NCBI RefSeq assembly: GCF_009914755.1
Contig: NC_060927.1
Reading direction: 5' to 3' (one strand)
Length of the DNA stretch: 64,000 nt
From: the human T2T-CHM13v2.0 reference genome, Homo sapiens
Under the pieces are notes generated by a model that was not told where the DNA came from, did not search any database, and worked only from the letters and a program-made list of their open reading frames with translations. Within the stretch, counting starts at the first letter, position 1. Every line of letters begins with the position of its first letter. Positions 1 to 13,162 of this stretch are shown in pieces. Made by a program: the position numbers and the translations under genes.

Positions 1-932
1 TACGTACCTACACTTGTAATTAGTTTTGGTTTGCATTATTTTTTTAAATGGCTGATTAAAATTGCATGTAAAGTAAGAGCAAATCGGCTCTGAGTGAAAA
101 TATTATTTTTAAAATCTGAAGACCTATGAATCTTATGATCCTTTTTGCATCTACTTAGTACACTACGCATAAGAAATAACATAAAATTTTTGTTTTATTT
201 TTAAATGTGTATTTTGTTTTTATTTTATTTCTATAAAAGCAATACACAGGCATTGCATAAAGCATGAAAGTATACACCAAACAAAAATATACTGATATGG
301 AAAAATGTTTATGAAAAAGTAAAATGGCAATTCAAGCATAATGCTATTATGTTAGCAAACCCCTGTATGTTTGTGTAAGAGACATAGATAGTATTTTTAA
401 GTATGTAAGAAAAAAAGACAGGCTCTCAAGAGGTAGGTATGGTGTGGGGTAGCAGGCAGTATAAAGGAACATATGCTTCTTTATTATGCCTCTATATTCC
501 TTTCATATTTTACAAATAAGTATACATTGCTTTTCTAATTTTAACAACTTAAAAAAATCAGAAAGTACAGATAAGCAAAATGAACTATACATATCCAACC
601 CACCCTGTGACCACCACCACTACCTCACCAGATTTCTAAGATTACATACTCATATGGTACATATTTTCATATATATATACACACGCAAACATGTTGAGAG
701 ATATATAGCTATATTACATAAAAATAAGGCTTCCTTTAAAAAATTAACAGGGTATGAGCATCTTTCCATATTTATGAAAATATTTCTGCAACTTTATTTT
801 TAGTGCATCAATTTAGATATACTTAGAGTCCAGTTACACATAAAAATAATGTCATGAATAAGTGAGGCAACTTTTGACAATTTAGATCTAATTCAAACAA
901 TTTTGATTTTAGACATCAAGGAAAAGTATAAA

Positions 933-1210
933 TAGTTGACTTGTGAACCACATGGGACAGTATGGGTCCACTTAATATGTGGATTGTTTTCAATAAAAAA
1001 GTCTGCCCTCCACATTGGCAGGTTCTGCATCCATGAGGAAACGTAGATGGAAAATAACAGTATTTTCAGAGTGCAAAACTGGTATATGCAGGTCAGCTTT
1101 CCACATCAGCAGGTTGCACAGGACCAACTGCAGGACTTGAGTATCCATGGCTTTTGGCATCTGCAAGTTGTTCTGAAACCAGTCCCCCTGCAAATACCAA
1201 GACATGACTG
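933..1210. mobile_element. TcMar-Tigger (MER2-group) non-autonomous DNA transposon remnant
   Basis: Starts TAGTTGACTTGTGAACCAC...GGGTCCACTTAATATGTGGATT and ends ...CATGACTG-TA, resembling Tigger termini with a TA target. Subfamily uncertain. Confidence 0.6.
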
Positions 1211-1449
1211 TATATTTTTCCTTAACTGAATTAGTTAGATAATTATTCTCAAGCCTGTATACTTCAGGTAAACTGCTCAGCAATAAGGGGTTAATGTATT
1301 TCGCTTTTAAATATATCATGAGCTTTACAAAAGGAGGATATATCTGGCAACTGTCTGGTTATTTTGACCCATGTAACTCTGTGATGTTGACTTTCATTAA
1401 CACTTCAGGGATGACTAATTAAAAATATGAGTCTTACCTTGTTTTTCAG

Positions 1450-1562
1450 ACTTTCAAAAAGGATTATCAATATCCCAAATCACTTGACATATTATCCAAC
1501 GTTGGATGTGCACTGTCTGTTACTGGTCTGGCTCTCACAGTTATATTTCAGATTGTCACCAG
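1450..1562 (+). CDS. ADGRG7: ADGRG7/GPR128 coding exon, post-GPS linker and TM1 (TFKKDYQYPKSLDILSNVGCALSVTGLALTVIFQIVTR)
   Basis: Acceptor ttttcag| at 1449 and donor AG|gtaag at 1562; 113 bp, phase 0-2; adhesion-GPCR TM1 motif (VGCALS). Confidence 0.95.
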
Positions 1563-2029
1563 GTAAGAGCAGAAGCAGGCTCTTTTCAGAAGAGAAATTG
1601 CTGTCTTGATATAATTTACTCTGAGAATTCTCATGAGTAGTGTCTTTGAACTAGGCAAGAACTCAGAGAGGTACTTATTTTACAGAGGAGGACATTTAGG
1701 CCTGGAAAGGCTAAGAAATACACACAAATAAATACGTAATTACAAATTGTGGCAAGTGCCTTGAAAGAAAATTATATGCCACTTATTTACAAGTTTGTCA
1801 TGTAAAATTTATGTGGTCCTGCAGCTCATTAATGCTATAATTCCTCAGTGCTGAATAGAACCATGCCTATCAATTTGTATTTGTTAAGGAAAGAGACATT
1901 GCAAACAGCAATTTTTTAAAAAAGTAATTTAAAAAATATATCAAGCTTTCAAATGGTGAAACGTTTTTCAAAAATATAGTTTTCAAATGGTGAAAGTTTT
2001 TGAATCCCATACATTAAATTCTAATTTTA

Positions 2030-2830
2030 AATAATGACCTATAAACAAATACTTCTGTCCACCTTGACCCCTTCATTTGAGGTCCAATTTTGTATCCCAT
2101 TCATTATTTTTTGTCACATGCTACATTTTTTTAACTGCCTGCGGTCTTTTAGAAGCTTGTTCATTTATTAATTTACTCCGTTTACTGTGTGTTTCCTCTG
2201 TCAACTTCACATTTCATGTTTGTTTGGTCTTTCATGACATTGAAATTTTTCAAGCATCCAGGCCAGTTACTTTGAAAAATGTTCCACAATGAAGATTTGT
2301 CTGAAATTTTCCTCATGAAGAGATGCAGGTTAATTATTTTTGGTGGGAATACTGCAATCATGGAATTTTTTTTAGTGTGACACAACAAGAAGTGCGTATC
2401 AGTATGTCCCATTATTGTTGGCTGTAAGTTTGATTCCTCGTTTAAAGTGATGTCTGCCAGATTTCCACATTTTTTCCCTGTGTAAATAATAGATGACTCG
2501 TGGGGTGCCACTTTGAGGCTGCATGATATCCTGTTTCCCAAAAATCTTTTACTTAATGATCTTGTTACTCATCCTTACTGGAACAAATTATTACATTAAG
2601 TGGTTGAAAAATGGTGATTTTTCTAGGCTATCACTCTTTCTATATTTGTTTGCTATACTCTTTTGTAAAAAGCATACTTCCCAGTGTAGCCAGAGGGAGC
2701 CCCTTCATGTTGTTTTGCCACGTCTCAGTCTTTAGTCACTTCCTTATTTCAATCAAAAGCAAAATGATCATCTTTCACTTTCTCTGCCTCATACCTGAAC
2801 CAGCCATTTCTCCAAAGAGCCAGAATTGTT
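2030..2830 (-). mobile_element. Old L1 (L1MC/ME-like) 3' fragment
   Basis: Degenerate L1M 3'UTR-like text (GGCCAGTTACTTTGAAAAATGTTCCACAAT...). Boundaries approximate. Confidence 0.45.
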
Positions 2831-3319
2831 TTCGATTCCTTTTCTTCCGCTTTTCACATTAAATGAGTCTCTTGCCATTCATTTAAAAGTTTTATAGTGA
2901 GTGCTTATGTTGTAAGGAGCTGAATACAAAACTATGAACAGACAGATAATCTCCCATCTCTCATGAAATATACACTGTTGGGGGGAAAAGGCAGACATTA
3001 TAAAAATATCTACACAACTGAATATTACAAATTGTGGTAAGTGCCTTGAAGGAAAATTACATGTTTGTCATGTAAAATTAAATGCCTCTTAAATTTGTCT
3101 CATTATTTGTATTTCTACCATCACCACAGTTGTACTGACAATTATTTGGTCCCATAGGGATGAGTCATAGTTGCTGCATAACTAGTTTCTTTGCCAAAAC
3201 CTCACTCTTTTCATTTGTCATCAGATTTTTTTCCTCTTTCATCAATATGTTTTCTAGCACAATTATGCAACCAAAGATACCACTAAAATTCATCAGGAAA
3301 CAAAAATAAAAATAAACAC

Positions 3320-3460
3320 CAGGCATGGAGGCTCACACCTATAATTCCAGCACTTTGGGAGGCCAAGGCAGGAGGATTGCTTGAGCCCAGGAGTTTGAGA
3401 CAAGCCTGGGCAATACAGCAAGATCACATCTCAAACAAATTTTTTTTTTTAAAGAGAGAA
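3320..3460 (+). mobile_element. Alu monomer (FLAM/AluJ-like)
   Basis: GGCATGGAGGCTCACACCTATAATTCCAGCACTTTGGGAGGCCAAGGCAGGAGGATTGCTTGAGCCCAGGAGTTTGAGAC. Confidence 0.85.
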
Positions 3461-3571
3461 AAAACAAAACAAAAATAAAGACAAAATTTTATTGATTTTA
3501 AAATCCTGAATTATAAAATTTTCTTTGTTCTTGGACAGGTTCCCATATAATAATAATGCACAGAATACAAA

Positions 3572-3779
3572 CAGTCCCCTACTGACCATGGTTCAACTTA
3601 CGATTTTTCAGCTTTAAGATGTTGCAAAAGTGATAGCATTCAGGATGTTTCTTGATTTATGATAGGGTTATGTCCCAATAAACTCATTGTAAATTGAAAA
3701 TATGGTAAGGTGAAATGATATTTTTAGTTTTCGATGGGTTTGTTGTGATGCAATCTCATTGTAAGTTGAGGAGCATCTA
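3572..3779 (-). mobile_element. MER47/Tigger-type DNA transposon
   Basis: The minus strand starts TAGATGCTCCTCAACTTACAATGAG...AAACCCATCG, a MER47-like terminus. Confidence 0.6.
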
Positions 3780-4485
3780 TATAGTAATAATCTATAAGAA
3801 GGGCCAGGCTATTTGAAAATCACCTCTTCTTCCTGTGGATTATAATTGATAAAATTAGATAAAAACTAGACTCTAATCTTACTTTTATATAAAAAGATTC
3901 TTCTGAGTACTTTTTGCAGTTCTGGTCATTAAACCTCTCAATAGATTTAATGAAATTTTGAATTGTCCAGAAATCTCAACTAAAATGTCAAGCAGATGGA
4001 CTGAGTTCTGTTTGAATGAAAGCTTTTTTGTTCAGTGTGGGAATCCAAAGATCAAGCGAGGTCATGATGAAACATCGTAAAAACATAAAGAATACATAAT
4101 GGGCAAGTAGACTTCATCAAATTATGAGTTATTAAGAATAGAGAGGCATTTGAAGGTTAGAACTTTAGGCATAGTAATAAACCTGGGAAATGGTATTCCA
4201 AGAGGTCTTGCAGTCTGAAAAATCCAGAAGGCTTTAGATGGTAGTGAGTAGAGATTTTATAACTTTTATTGGCGAGGAACTGTCTGCCATAGTGTACATG
4301 AAAGTGTAACATGCCTTTAAGGGGATATAAGGATATATCTGCCTTTAAGCAATAAGGAAAATAATACATGTACAAAAAAGAATATCACATTTTACTTCTG
4401 AGATCAACTTTATTAAGAGAAATCTTGCATTCTCTGCCAATCTGAAGATATACATGTGGGCTAGCACAGAATATATACATGAACT

Positions 4486-4562
4486 ACACACACCACACCA
4501 TACATACACACACACCACACCATATACACACATACACACACACACACTCATACACATTCACT
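4486..4562. repeat. Imperfect (CA)n microsatellite
   Basis: cacacaccacaccatacatacacacacaccacac... Confidence 0.85.
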
Positions 4563-5309
4563 CATACTGCCTTCTGAAAATTGCTGGTAAACAAGGCCGG
4601 CCTGCAGACAAAATAAGAGAAACAGCTGCTCTTTTAGAGCAAAGACATTAGGTAAGCATGAGAAGGGAAAAAAAGGCAATTTTAAAGAGCACTTGGTTGT
4701 ACACCCAGAAATTATATCTTCCAATAAAGGGATAGTCCTTCGGAATGATTTACATTCAAAATGTGGTTCAGGACATCTTGACCATCTGACAATCAGCAAG
4801 CATTTCCCAAAATGTGGTCCTTGAAACATTAGTCCAAGGGAGATTCTTGATGAAAATAAGGTTCTGAAAAGTCTTGCAGAAAAGATATGTGAAATATTGT
4901 TATGTATAAACCATTTAAAAAAGCAGTAATCATTAGTCTACTTAAATTATAAAGAATAGCATCAGTAACAATAGGCCATGAAACAAATTAAAAATATTTT
5001 TACCTAATTTAAATCTTCATGTAAGCTTCATTCTTTAAACGTAAAGTAAGCTGAATATTACCTAATTTTGTTTTAAAGCTGTTACACTGTTATGGGAAAT
5101 TATTAAAAAATTGTATTTGGCCTTATTTTAAAATGTATAAGTGACTTTTAAATATAAATTACATTTTAAAACTCAAGAGACTTTTTCTCTACATTTAAAC
5201 ATGAGTTCATCTACTAATGTGCAGAGTTTTCTATTATAAAAATTTTAAAACTCCATATAGGGCCTCTTCTACAGATGGCCTTCACATAAGCTTGCAAATC
5301 TACAGTAGA

Positions 5310-5620
5310 ACTTATTACCTCATGTTATATTAAAAAAACTGCCCCAAAACTCAGTGGATAGAAACACATATTATTTCTAATGATTTTGTGGCTTGTCTGG
5401 GTTCAGCTGGGTAATTTTTCTACTGGTCTTGCTGGAGTCTTGCAGTCAGATGGCGGCTGGGCCAGAGTCATCTGGAGGTTCACCTAGGATGCTGGGGCAG
5501 CTGCATCTTTCTCCCTCTCCATACAGTCTCAGAGGACTTTCATGCAATTTTTTTTTTTTTCAGTGAGGTGGCTGGGCTTTTTACACAGTGGCTCAGAACT
5601 CCAGGAGCACAAAAGGAAAA
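5310..5620. mobile_element. MLT1-type (ERVL-MaLR) LTR fragment, probably resuming near 6202-6330
   Basis: AACTGCCCCAAAACTCAGTGG...GGGTTCAGCTGGGTAATTTTTCTACTGG motif typical of MLT1J/K. Confidence 0.55.
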
Positions 5621-5628
5621 GCTGTCAG

Positions 5629-5962
5629 TGTTATAGGATTTTCTCCTTTGTTCAGCTAAAAGCTGGGTTCTTGTCACGCGACTATGAAAGGTTAGGCTCG
5701 CAGACACTTTGAAGGGTGAAAAGGACAGGGTTAATTGGGTGTAAAGGAAAAAAAAGGGAAACAGGGACTATCAGCAAAGTGAGAGTCCTGCTACTAGGCT
5801 TCCCTCCGTGCAGATTGAATCCACGGATACCTCCTCGGAAGAGGAGAGGCCAGGCTCCTCCCCTCTGCAAAGGGCAGGAACTTCCCACAGCTCCACCCCG
5901 TTCTCCCAGTGCGCGGGTCAGTTGGAGGTTCTCCCGGTACACCTTTATACTAGGTTGTCTCA
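5629..5962 (-). mobile_element. ERV1-class solo LTR (MER61-like)
   Basis: Minus strand TGAGACAACC...TTTTAGCTGAACAAAGGAGAAAATCCTATAACA with TG...CA termini. No clean TSD. Confidence 0.7.
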
Positions 5963-6589
5963 CGTGGAGGGCCATGTTATGACTTTTATGTTCCCCAGGC
6001 ACTTGTGCCTTTGTGGAACCTTTCATTCATTAATGAAAGATTAAAAATTTTATTTTATGATTGCATAGGTACAAAGATGAATATATTAATATCCTTTGAG
6101 CTAAGAGTTCTCTTTTTTCTTCTGAGTCTAAAAGAAGTTAAAACATTACTATGGGATATGAACACTAAGCACTATTGTGTCTAATGCATAAGTCGGCCTT
6201 GGCTGCCAGGTCTTCTGTTGCATCCCATCAGTTAAATCAAGGTACAGGCCAGGCTACTGTGAAGGGACTACGCAGGGCTACCTACCAGGAAGTAGGGTTC
6301 ACTGGGGGCCATTTTTGGAGATTAGCTATCACTTTTGATCAGAACACAGTTTCAAGAAAAGATATGTCAACCTGTATCCTTTAACTCATGACTTTGTGGA
6401 AATGATAAGAGGAAAGTATAGTTTTCTGATGTAATCGAGAAGGTAGATTTACCAGCTGTCACAACTGGGCTATGAACTGAACTTACATTGGGCAATAATA
6501 TTCTTTGTTCCCAGAAATTTCACTGCAGTTTGTTTTGTGCAGTTGTTGTGTTTCATTTAATTTTTTTATATTAATTTACTTATTTTCAG

Positions 6590-6936
6590 GAAAGTCAGAA
6601 AAACCTCAGTAACCTGGGTTTTGGTCAATCTGTGCATATCAATGTTGATTTTCAACCTCCTCTTTGTGTTTGGAATTGAAAACTCCAATAAGAACTTGCA
6701 GACAAGTGATGGTGACATCAATAATATTGACTTTGACAATAATGACATACCCAGGACAGACACCATTAACATCCCGAATCCCATGTGCACTGCGATTGCC
6801 GCCTTACTGCACTATTTTCTGTTAGTGACATTTACCTGGAACGCACTCAGCGCTGCACAGCTCTATTACCTTCTAATAAGGACCATGAAGCCTCTTCCTC
6901 GGCATTTCATTCTTTTCATCTCATTAATTGGATGGG
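6590..6936 (+). CDS. ADGRG7: ADGRG7 coding exon, ICL1-TM2-ECL1-TM3-ICL2-start of TM4
   Basis: ttttcag|G ... TGG G|gtaagt; 347 bp, phase 2-1; peptide KVRKTSVTWVLVNLCISMLIFNLLF...CTAIAALLHYFLLVTFTW...LIGWG (family-B/aGPCR motifs LHYF and GWG). Confidence 0.97.
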
Positions 6937-7653
6937 GTAAGTGTTTGCATCTCCCCTTTCTCAGGAATTTAATTTTGTGGAAATCATTTAATTTAAACAC
7001 TTATTGAAGGCCTAATAGTCCAAGGCCTTGACGTAATTAAGAGGAGATAGAAAATATAGTGATTGCTAAGAATACGTTCCGTCTAGTAGCTTATATTCCA
7101 GTGAAGGAGGCAGATGCGATCAAGGCAAGAATACGAGATACATCGTAAACTAACTTAACTAACTTAAAAATGTTAATTTCCTTTAACATCTCTTTTTATT
7201 AATTTGATTTGAGATTTAGCCACAAATAATTAACTTCCAGCTAGTTTAAAAGAAATGTTTCAAGAAAGACAATCAGAGTGACTCTTTAAGCAAAAATATT
7301 TGAAAAATTTATTGGGTTCCAGCAAAGGAAGACTTGTTTCAGGGATATCTAAATTTAAATGTATTCAAGTGACTGAGGAACTATGCCACTGAAACATGAC
7401 AATTCTGGTAAGAGTTACAAAGAAACTGGAAATAGGATTGATATGTAGAGCCATCAGTGAAAGGGAAGGGAAAACACTTGGAGAAAAATTATGTCCACTG
7501 TCGACCCACATCTGTAGGATCACTTTGTATATTGTCCATAGTGAAAACAACATACATCCTGAAGAGGGTCAGATGTATAATTCATGTATGATCTTTTATA
7601 ATTAATCCAAGTCTGGATAAATCATTAATTATGTGCCTCTCTTTATCACACAG

Positions 7654-7750
7654 GAGTCCCAGCTATAGTAGTGGCTATAACAGTGGGAGTTATTTATTCT
7701 CAGAATGGAAATAATCCACAGTGGGAATTAGACTACCGGCAAGAGAAAAT
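7654..7750 (+). CDS. ADGRG7: ADGRG7 coding exon, TM4 and ECL2 (VPAIVVAITVGVIYSQNGNNPQWELDYRQEKI)
   Basis: cacag|GA ... AT|gtgagt; 97 bp, phase 1-2; completes the GWG-VP motif. Confidence 0.95.
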
Positions 7751-9779
7751 GTGAGTTTATATTTTTTTAAATGTCCAATTGTTTGACCTAAAAGTGTAAC
7801 TGTTCAGTGATATTGACTCCGAGTGTCACTGTAATTTGCATTTCACTTTATAATTGTCATGTTTAGTGGTAGACATTTGAAATTCTCAAAGAACACGTTA
7901 TATTTTAAATGTGATGACATGGAAATTTCCCATAAGTCCTTTTGTAAAGCAAGTAATCACCTTCGAAATTTATAAATGTGAACTTTCTTATGTTAAATTT
8001 GTCTTCTTTCATTAAATCTGAAAATCATGATACAATAGGTATTATCCTTAGTAATCCTATATCTTAGTTTTCTCATCCAGAAAATGGGAATAACAATAAT
8101 AGTAATTCCTGTTCTGGGGTTACTTCAAGGGATCAATCAAGTGTGAAAACATTTAATAACTCGAACACTATATGTCTCACTCATATAAACCAATTCTATG
8201 TTGATATGATTTTAATGAATATTTCATGATGATTTATCATACATAACAAATTCTTCCTGTGATTCCAGTGTGAATAATTAACTGTTGTAACAGAAGCATC
8301 TGACTGTATGACATTTGCTTTTTTTGTGTGGGGGAGAAAAGAAAGTGGAGCTGAACTGAGACTCAACTCTTTATATGCATTTCTGCTACCAAATGGCAAC
8401 TACTCTTCAATTTATCCTCTCTTCTCATTTTATAAATCTAACTATTCATATCTCCAAATTCCACCTGAAGTCCCAAACCAACACAAATGAAAGCAAAACT
8501 TTTGGAAATGGGCAAGTACACCAAAGGAAGGCTGTGGTGTCTGGGAACTCACCTCTTTCCCAGGGCTGATCATGCCCAACTGTAGGCTGGGGAGCTGACT
8601 GCCTGGCCTGATTTCATGCTCCCAGATACTACGTTTGATTATGGTTAAATATAGTTTTAGGTTTTAAAATTTTAATGCCACCAGTAGAAATATCTAATTA
8701 GAGATACCCAAGATGCAAATATCTCATAGGGGAGGTAATTCACTTCAAATTGCATTATTAATTGGTGTTAACCCAGGCACAGGGCTAGACTCACTCCTTT
8801 AAAAGTCTTCAGAAGAAAGAAGCCAACTGACTTCAGTTTATTCACACTGAGCTGTAAATAATTAAGGGCAGCTCCTTTCCTGATTACGGTGTTAGTTGTT
8901 GGGGAAGATACGAGGCAACTGATAATAAGAGAAGCTGGGGAGAGAGGAAAGGATGTGTGACATAAGCATCTGCCTCCTCCTGAACTTTCTCCCCCACCTT
9001 CCACCCTACACACATGCCATCAAGGGCCACATTTCTTCAGGATATATTGAAACTCAGGAGGGATTATTTTTGGTTTTCCTGAGTTATTCTCCTAGCAGTT
9101 GCTCCTCAAGAGCCTGTGCACTCCCCTGTTGCTCCCAGTTCTGCCAATCATCCTGAAATCCCTGACCCAGTTACCTGAAGTACTGCTGTGTCTGCATAGA
9201 CCCAGTTACAGGGTGAATGTAGGGCAGGCCACATTCCTCTTTAATGCTCTACCCCCAGTTCTCTGTACCACTGCTATGTAGGCCATTTCAGACATTCCCA
9301 AAGGGTTGAGGTTAACATGGGGAATTATAATTGGGGGGAAATTTTTCAAGTACTGTTTTTACACTGAAGCTTTCTTTCCCTATGTTCCATGGCAAACCAA
9401 GGAGTTAAACACTTCATCTGCATCCAGTTATAATGCTCTGCAGACCTCAAGTCCATAGCTATTTGTCAGATCAACCTCCACCATCCTGAAGATAAACTTG
9501 GCACTATTTTATTTATGGATGGACTTATTATTGTATCTGTTAGAGGCAAGCATGCCTTTGCATTTTTAAATTCATTATAGAGAATGGAACATCATCTCAG
9601 TTTCCTCCTAGGTCATTCAGATTAGAAATATGATTTCCAATAATTTAAATTAAAACTATTCCAATGCAAAAAAAATTTAGAAATCCTTTCACGTGTATAA
9701 TAATGGTGTTTTACAAAACTCCAGGGGAAAGAAAATAAAATTAATTGAATGCCAAATATGTGCCATAGCTTCTCACATC

Positions 9780-10705
9780 ATTGTAATACCTAATGGCCTA
9801 CCTGACACCTCCACTTGACTGTTTAATAGACATCTCCTCATCTTCCCTCCCAAACCTGCTCATCTCATCGTCTTCCCCAGTTAATAGTAATTCTATCCTT
9901 CTAGGTGCTCAGATTTTGGAGTCATTCTTAATCCCCTACATACCACATCCAACCCATCAATAAATTATTTTGCTTTACTTTTAAATATATCAGGAATCAG
10001 ACTATTTCTTAACATCTCCTCTCCTGGTCCAAACTATCCATATTATTGCAATAGACTCCTAGGTATTAGGTTGGTGCAAAAGTAATTGCAGTTTTTGCCA
10101 TTACTTTTGTACCAACCTTATATTTCCTACTTTTGCTCATGCTGTTCTCTCATCACTGCACCTGGATTAATGTTTTTAAAACTCAAGACAGATCACGTCA
10201 TGTCTCTCCATCTTGTCTAGGGTACAAGCAATCACCCACAAAGCTCCTACATAATTTGTATCTTTCCACTAACCTTATCCACTTACTGTGGTTCAGCCAC
10301 ACTAGCCTTTTTTTCTTTCTTAAGCTGTCACCTCAGGGCCTTTGCACTTGATGTGATTTCTGCCTGGAACACCCTTCCCCATCATCTACTTCAGGTCTTT
10401 GCTCAAATACAGCTTTTTTCCATGAGGTTTTCCCTGACCACTCTATTTAAAATAAAACACCCCTCCCCTCCACACACATATACACAGTAATTTCTACTCT
10501 CATTACCTGATTTACTTTTTCTCCATGGCATTCGTCACCATCTGACATATTGTGTATTTTATTTACTTTGTTTTATCTATTTCTCTGCACTAGAATGTAA
10601 CCTCACTAAAGAAGGGATTTTTGTTTTGTCCGCTGCTGATACCTTGGTGTCTAAAACAGTGTCTAGCACATAATATGTACTCTCTAAATATTTATTAAAT
10701 GAATT
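9780..10705 (+). mobile_element. L2 LINE 3' fragment
   Basis: Typical L2 3' text (CAGGGCCTTTGCACTTGATGTGATTTCTGCCTGGAAC ... CTAGCACATAATATGTACTCTCTAAATATTTATTAAATGAATTAAT). Confidence 0.7.
10066..10120. mobile_element. MADE1 mariner MITE (internally shortened), hairpin
   Basis: TA|TTAGGTTGGTGCAAAAGTAATTGCAGTTTTTGCCATTACTTTTGTACCAACCTTA|TA; inverted termini and TA duplication. Confidence 0.85.
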
Positions 10706-10907
10706 AATTAATTCTTTCAACAATGCCTGTAGGTGGTTACTATTATTCTCACCTCAGATGAGAAAAAAACGCCACTACAACCACCACCACCAAAAAACAA
10801 AACAAAACAAAATAAACCCCACAAAACAAACACAAAACAGGTACAATGAGGTTAAGTAACTTTTTCAAACTCTTTTTAAACATTAATATTTAAAAAATGC
10901 CCATCAA

Positions 10908-11228
<321 letters not shown>

Positions 11229-11445
11229 TCAATAGGAGACAGTTTAAAGTTATAGTATATTATTTCACTTTTCTAGTGGGTAGAATTCTTGAAAGTCATA
11301 AGTCATCTCAAATGTGTAAAATGCAGAGGGATGTTAACTTTTAGCAGATCTTTCAGTTGAGTGAATGTCAATAGTGTTAATAGCACAAAGACCAGTATGT
11401 ATACCTTTCTTAGTCTGCTGAAGCAATTTTTTTTTTCCTCCACAG

Positions 11446-11601
11446 CTGCTGGCTGGCAATTCCAGAACCCAATGGTGTTATAAAAAGTCCGCTGTTGTGG
11501 TCATTCATCGTACCTGTAACCATTATCCTCATCAGCAATGTTGTTATGTTTATTACAATCTCGATCAAAGTGCTGTGGAAGAATAACCAGAACCTGACAA
11601 G
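11446..11601 (+). CDS. ADGRG7: ADGRG7 coding exon, ECL2 CW motif, TM5, ICL3 (CWLAIPEPNGVIKSPLLWSFIVPVTIILISNVVMFITISIKVLWKNNQNLT)
   Basis: ccacag|C ... AG|gtaag; 156 bp, phase 2-2. Confidence 0.96.
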
Positions 11602-12051
11602 GTAAGATTCCCAATGAATGGGAAGCTGCCAGGCAAGGCTCATCCAGCACTTAACGCAGCACCATAACACATCCACAGTTTCAGAAGCTTTCAAACTGAG
11701 ACAATGGCAGGGCTACGTGGTTTACAGGAGAGATTTTTCTCTTACACTTTGACTCAGAAGGTGGATCTTCTCGTCTTCTCACATCCGTACAGTCTGCTCT
11801 CAATATCCTGGGTTTCCACATCTGTGGATTCAACAAAGTGAGGATCAACTAAAAACTAAACCTAGACTTCAAGAAAAAAAATTTTCGTCCCTTATCCTAA
11901 ATATTCAAGAAATCATATTTGGATAATTAAAGAAATGAGAAGGTTGTGGGAAAATGCTGATACCTGGATTTTCATTTTATTAATACAGTCCAGTACCTGT
12001 TGGCTATATTTTACATGTGTTGCTTGAATTACACAATAGCACTAAAATTTC

Positions 12052-12362
12052 TTATTTATTTTATTTTATTATTATTTTTTGAGACAGGGTCTTGCTCTGC
12101 CATCCAGGCTGGAGTGCAGTGGCACGATCACAGCTCAATGCAGCCTCGACTTCCTGGACTCAAGTTATCCTCTCCCCTCAGCCTCCAGAGTAGCTAGGAC
12201 TACAGGCACACAATACCATGCCCAGCTAATCTTTTTCTGTTTTTTATAGCGATATAGTCTCTGTAAAAAAGAGGCTGGTCTTGACCTCCTGGGCTCAAGT
12301 GATCCTCCCCAGTTGGCCTCCCAAAGTGCTGAGATTACAGGCATGAGCCACTGTGCCCAGCC
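12052..12362 (-). mobile_element. AluJ-like SINE
   Basis: Reverse-complement Alu dimer with T-rich tail. Confidence 0.9.
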
Positions 12363-12421
12363 TTAAATTTTTTAAATTAGTGGCAAACATACAAAAATTT
12401 GGAGAGCTCACTTAAAAATTA

Positions 12422-12841
<420 letters not shown>

Positions 12842-13162
12842 CTATAACCTTTCTGGCTCCAAAAAGCATTTTCATTGTCATCCCTGATATACAACAAGAG
12901 CATTCAGTTGGAGAGACAAAAAGCAGAAACTATTAAACACATATACTCTACCCTCCCTGACCCCATCTCCATAGCATAAATTGATTGGAATACAGTGCTA
13001 ATGAGACTATGAGTTCAGATTTAATTCTATAAGATTTTGCTCATATAGTAAGTAGACTTAATAAAAGCAAGCATGTCTGTGAGCTTATAGCAAGCTTACA
13101 AATAGGTCCACTTAGTAATACCAGATGAGTAAAAGCCACCATCTTTAGTGGGACTATATCTT

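Noticed and set aside
6621-7007. ORF track entry as a stand-alone 128-aa gene
   Set aside because: It is the ADGRG7 exon 6590-6936 read through the donor into intron.
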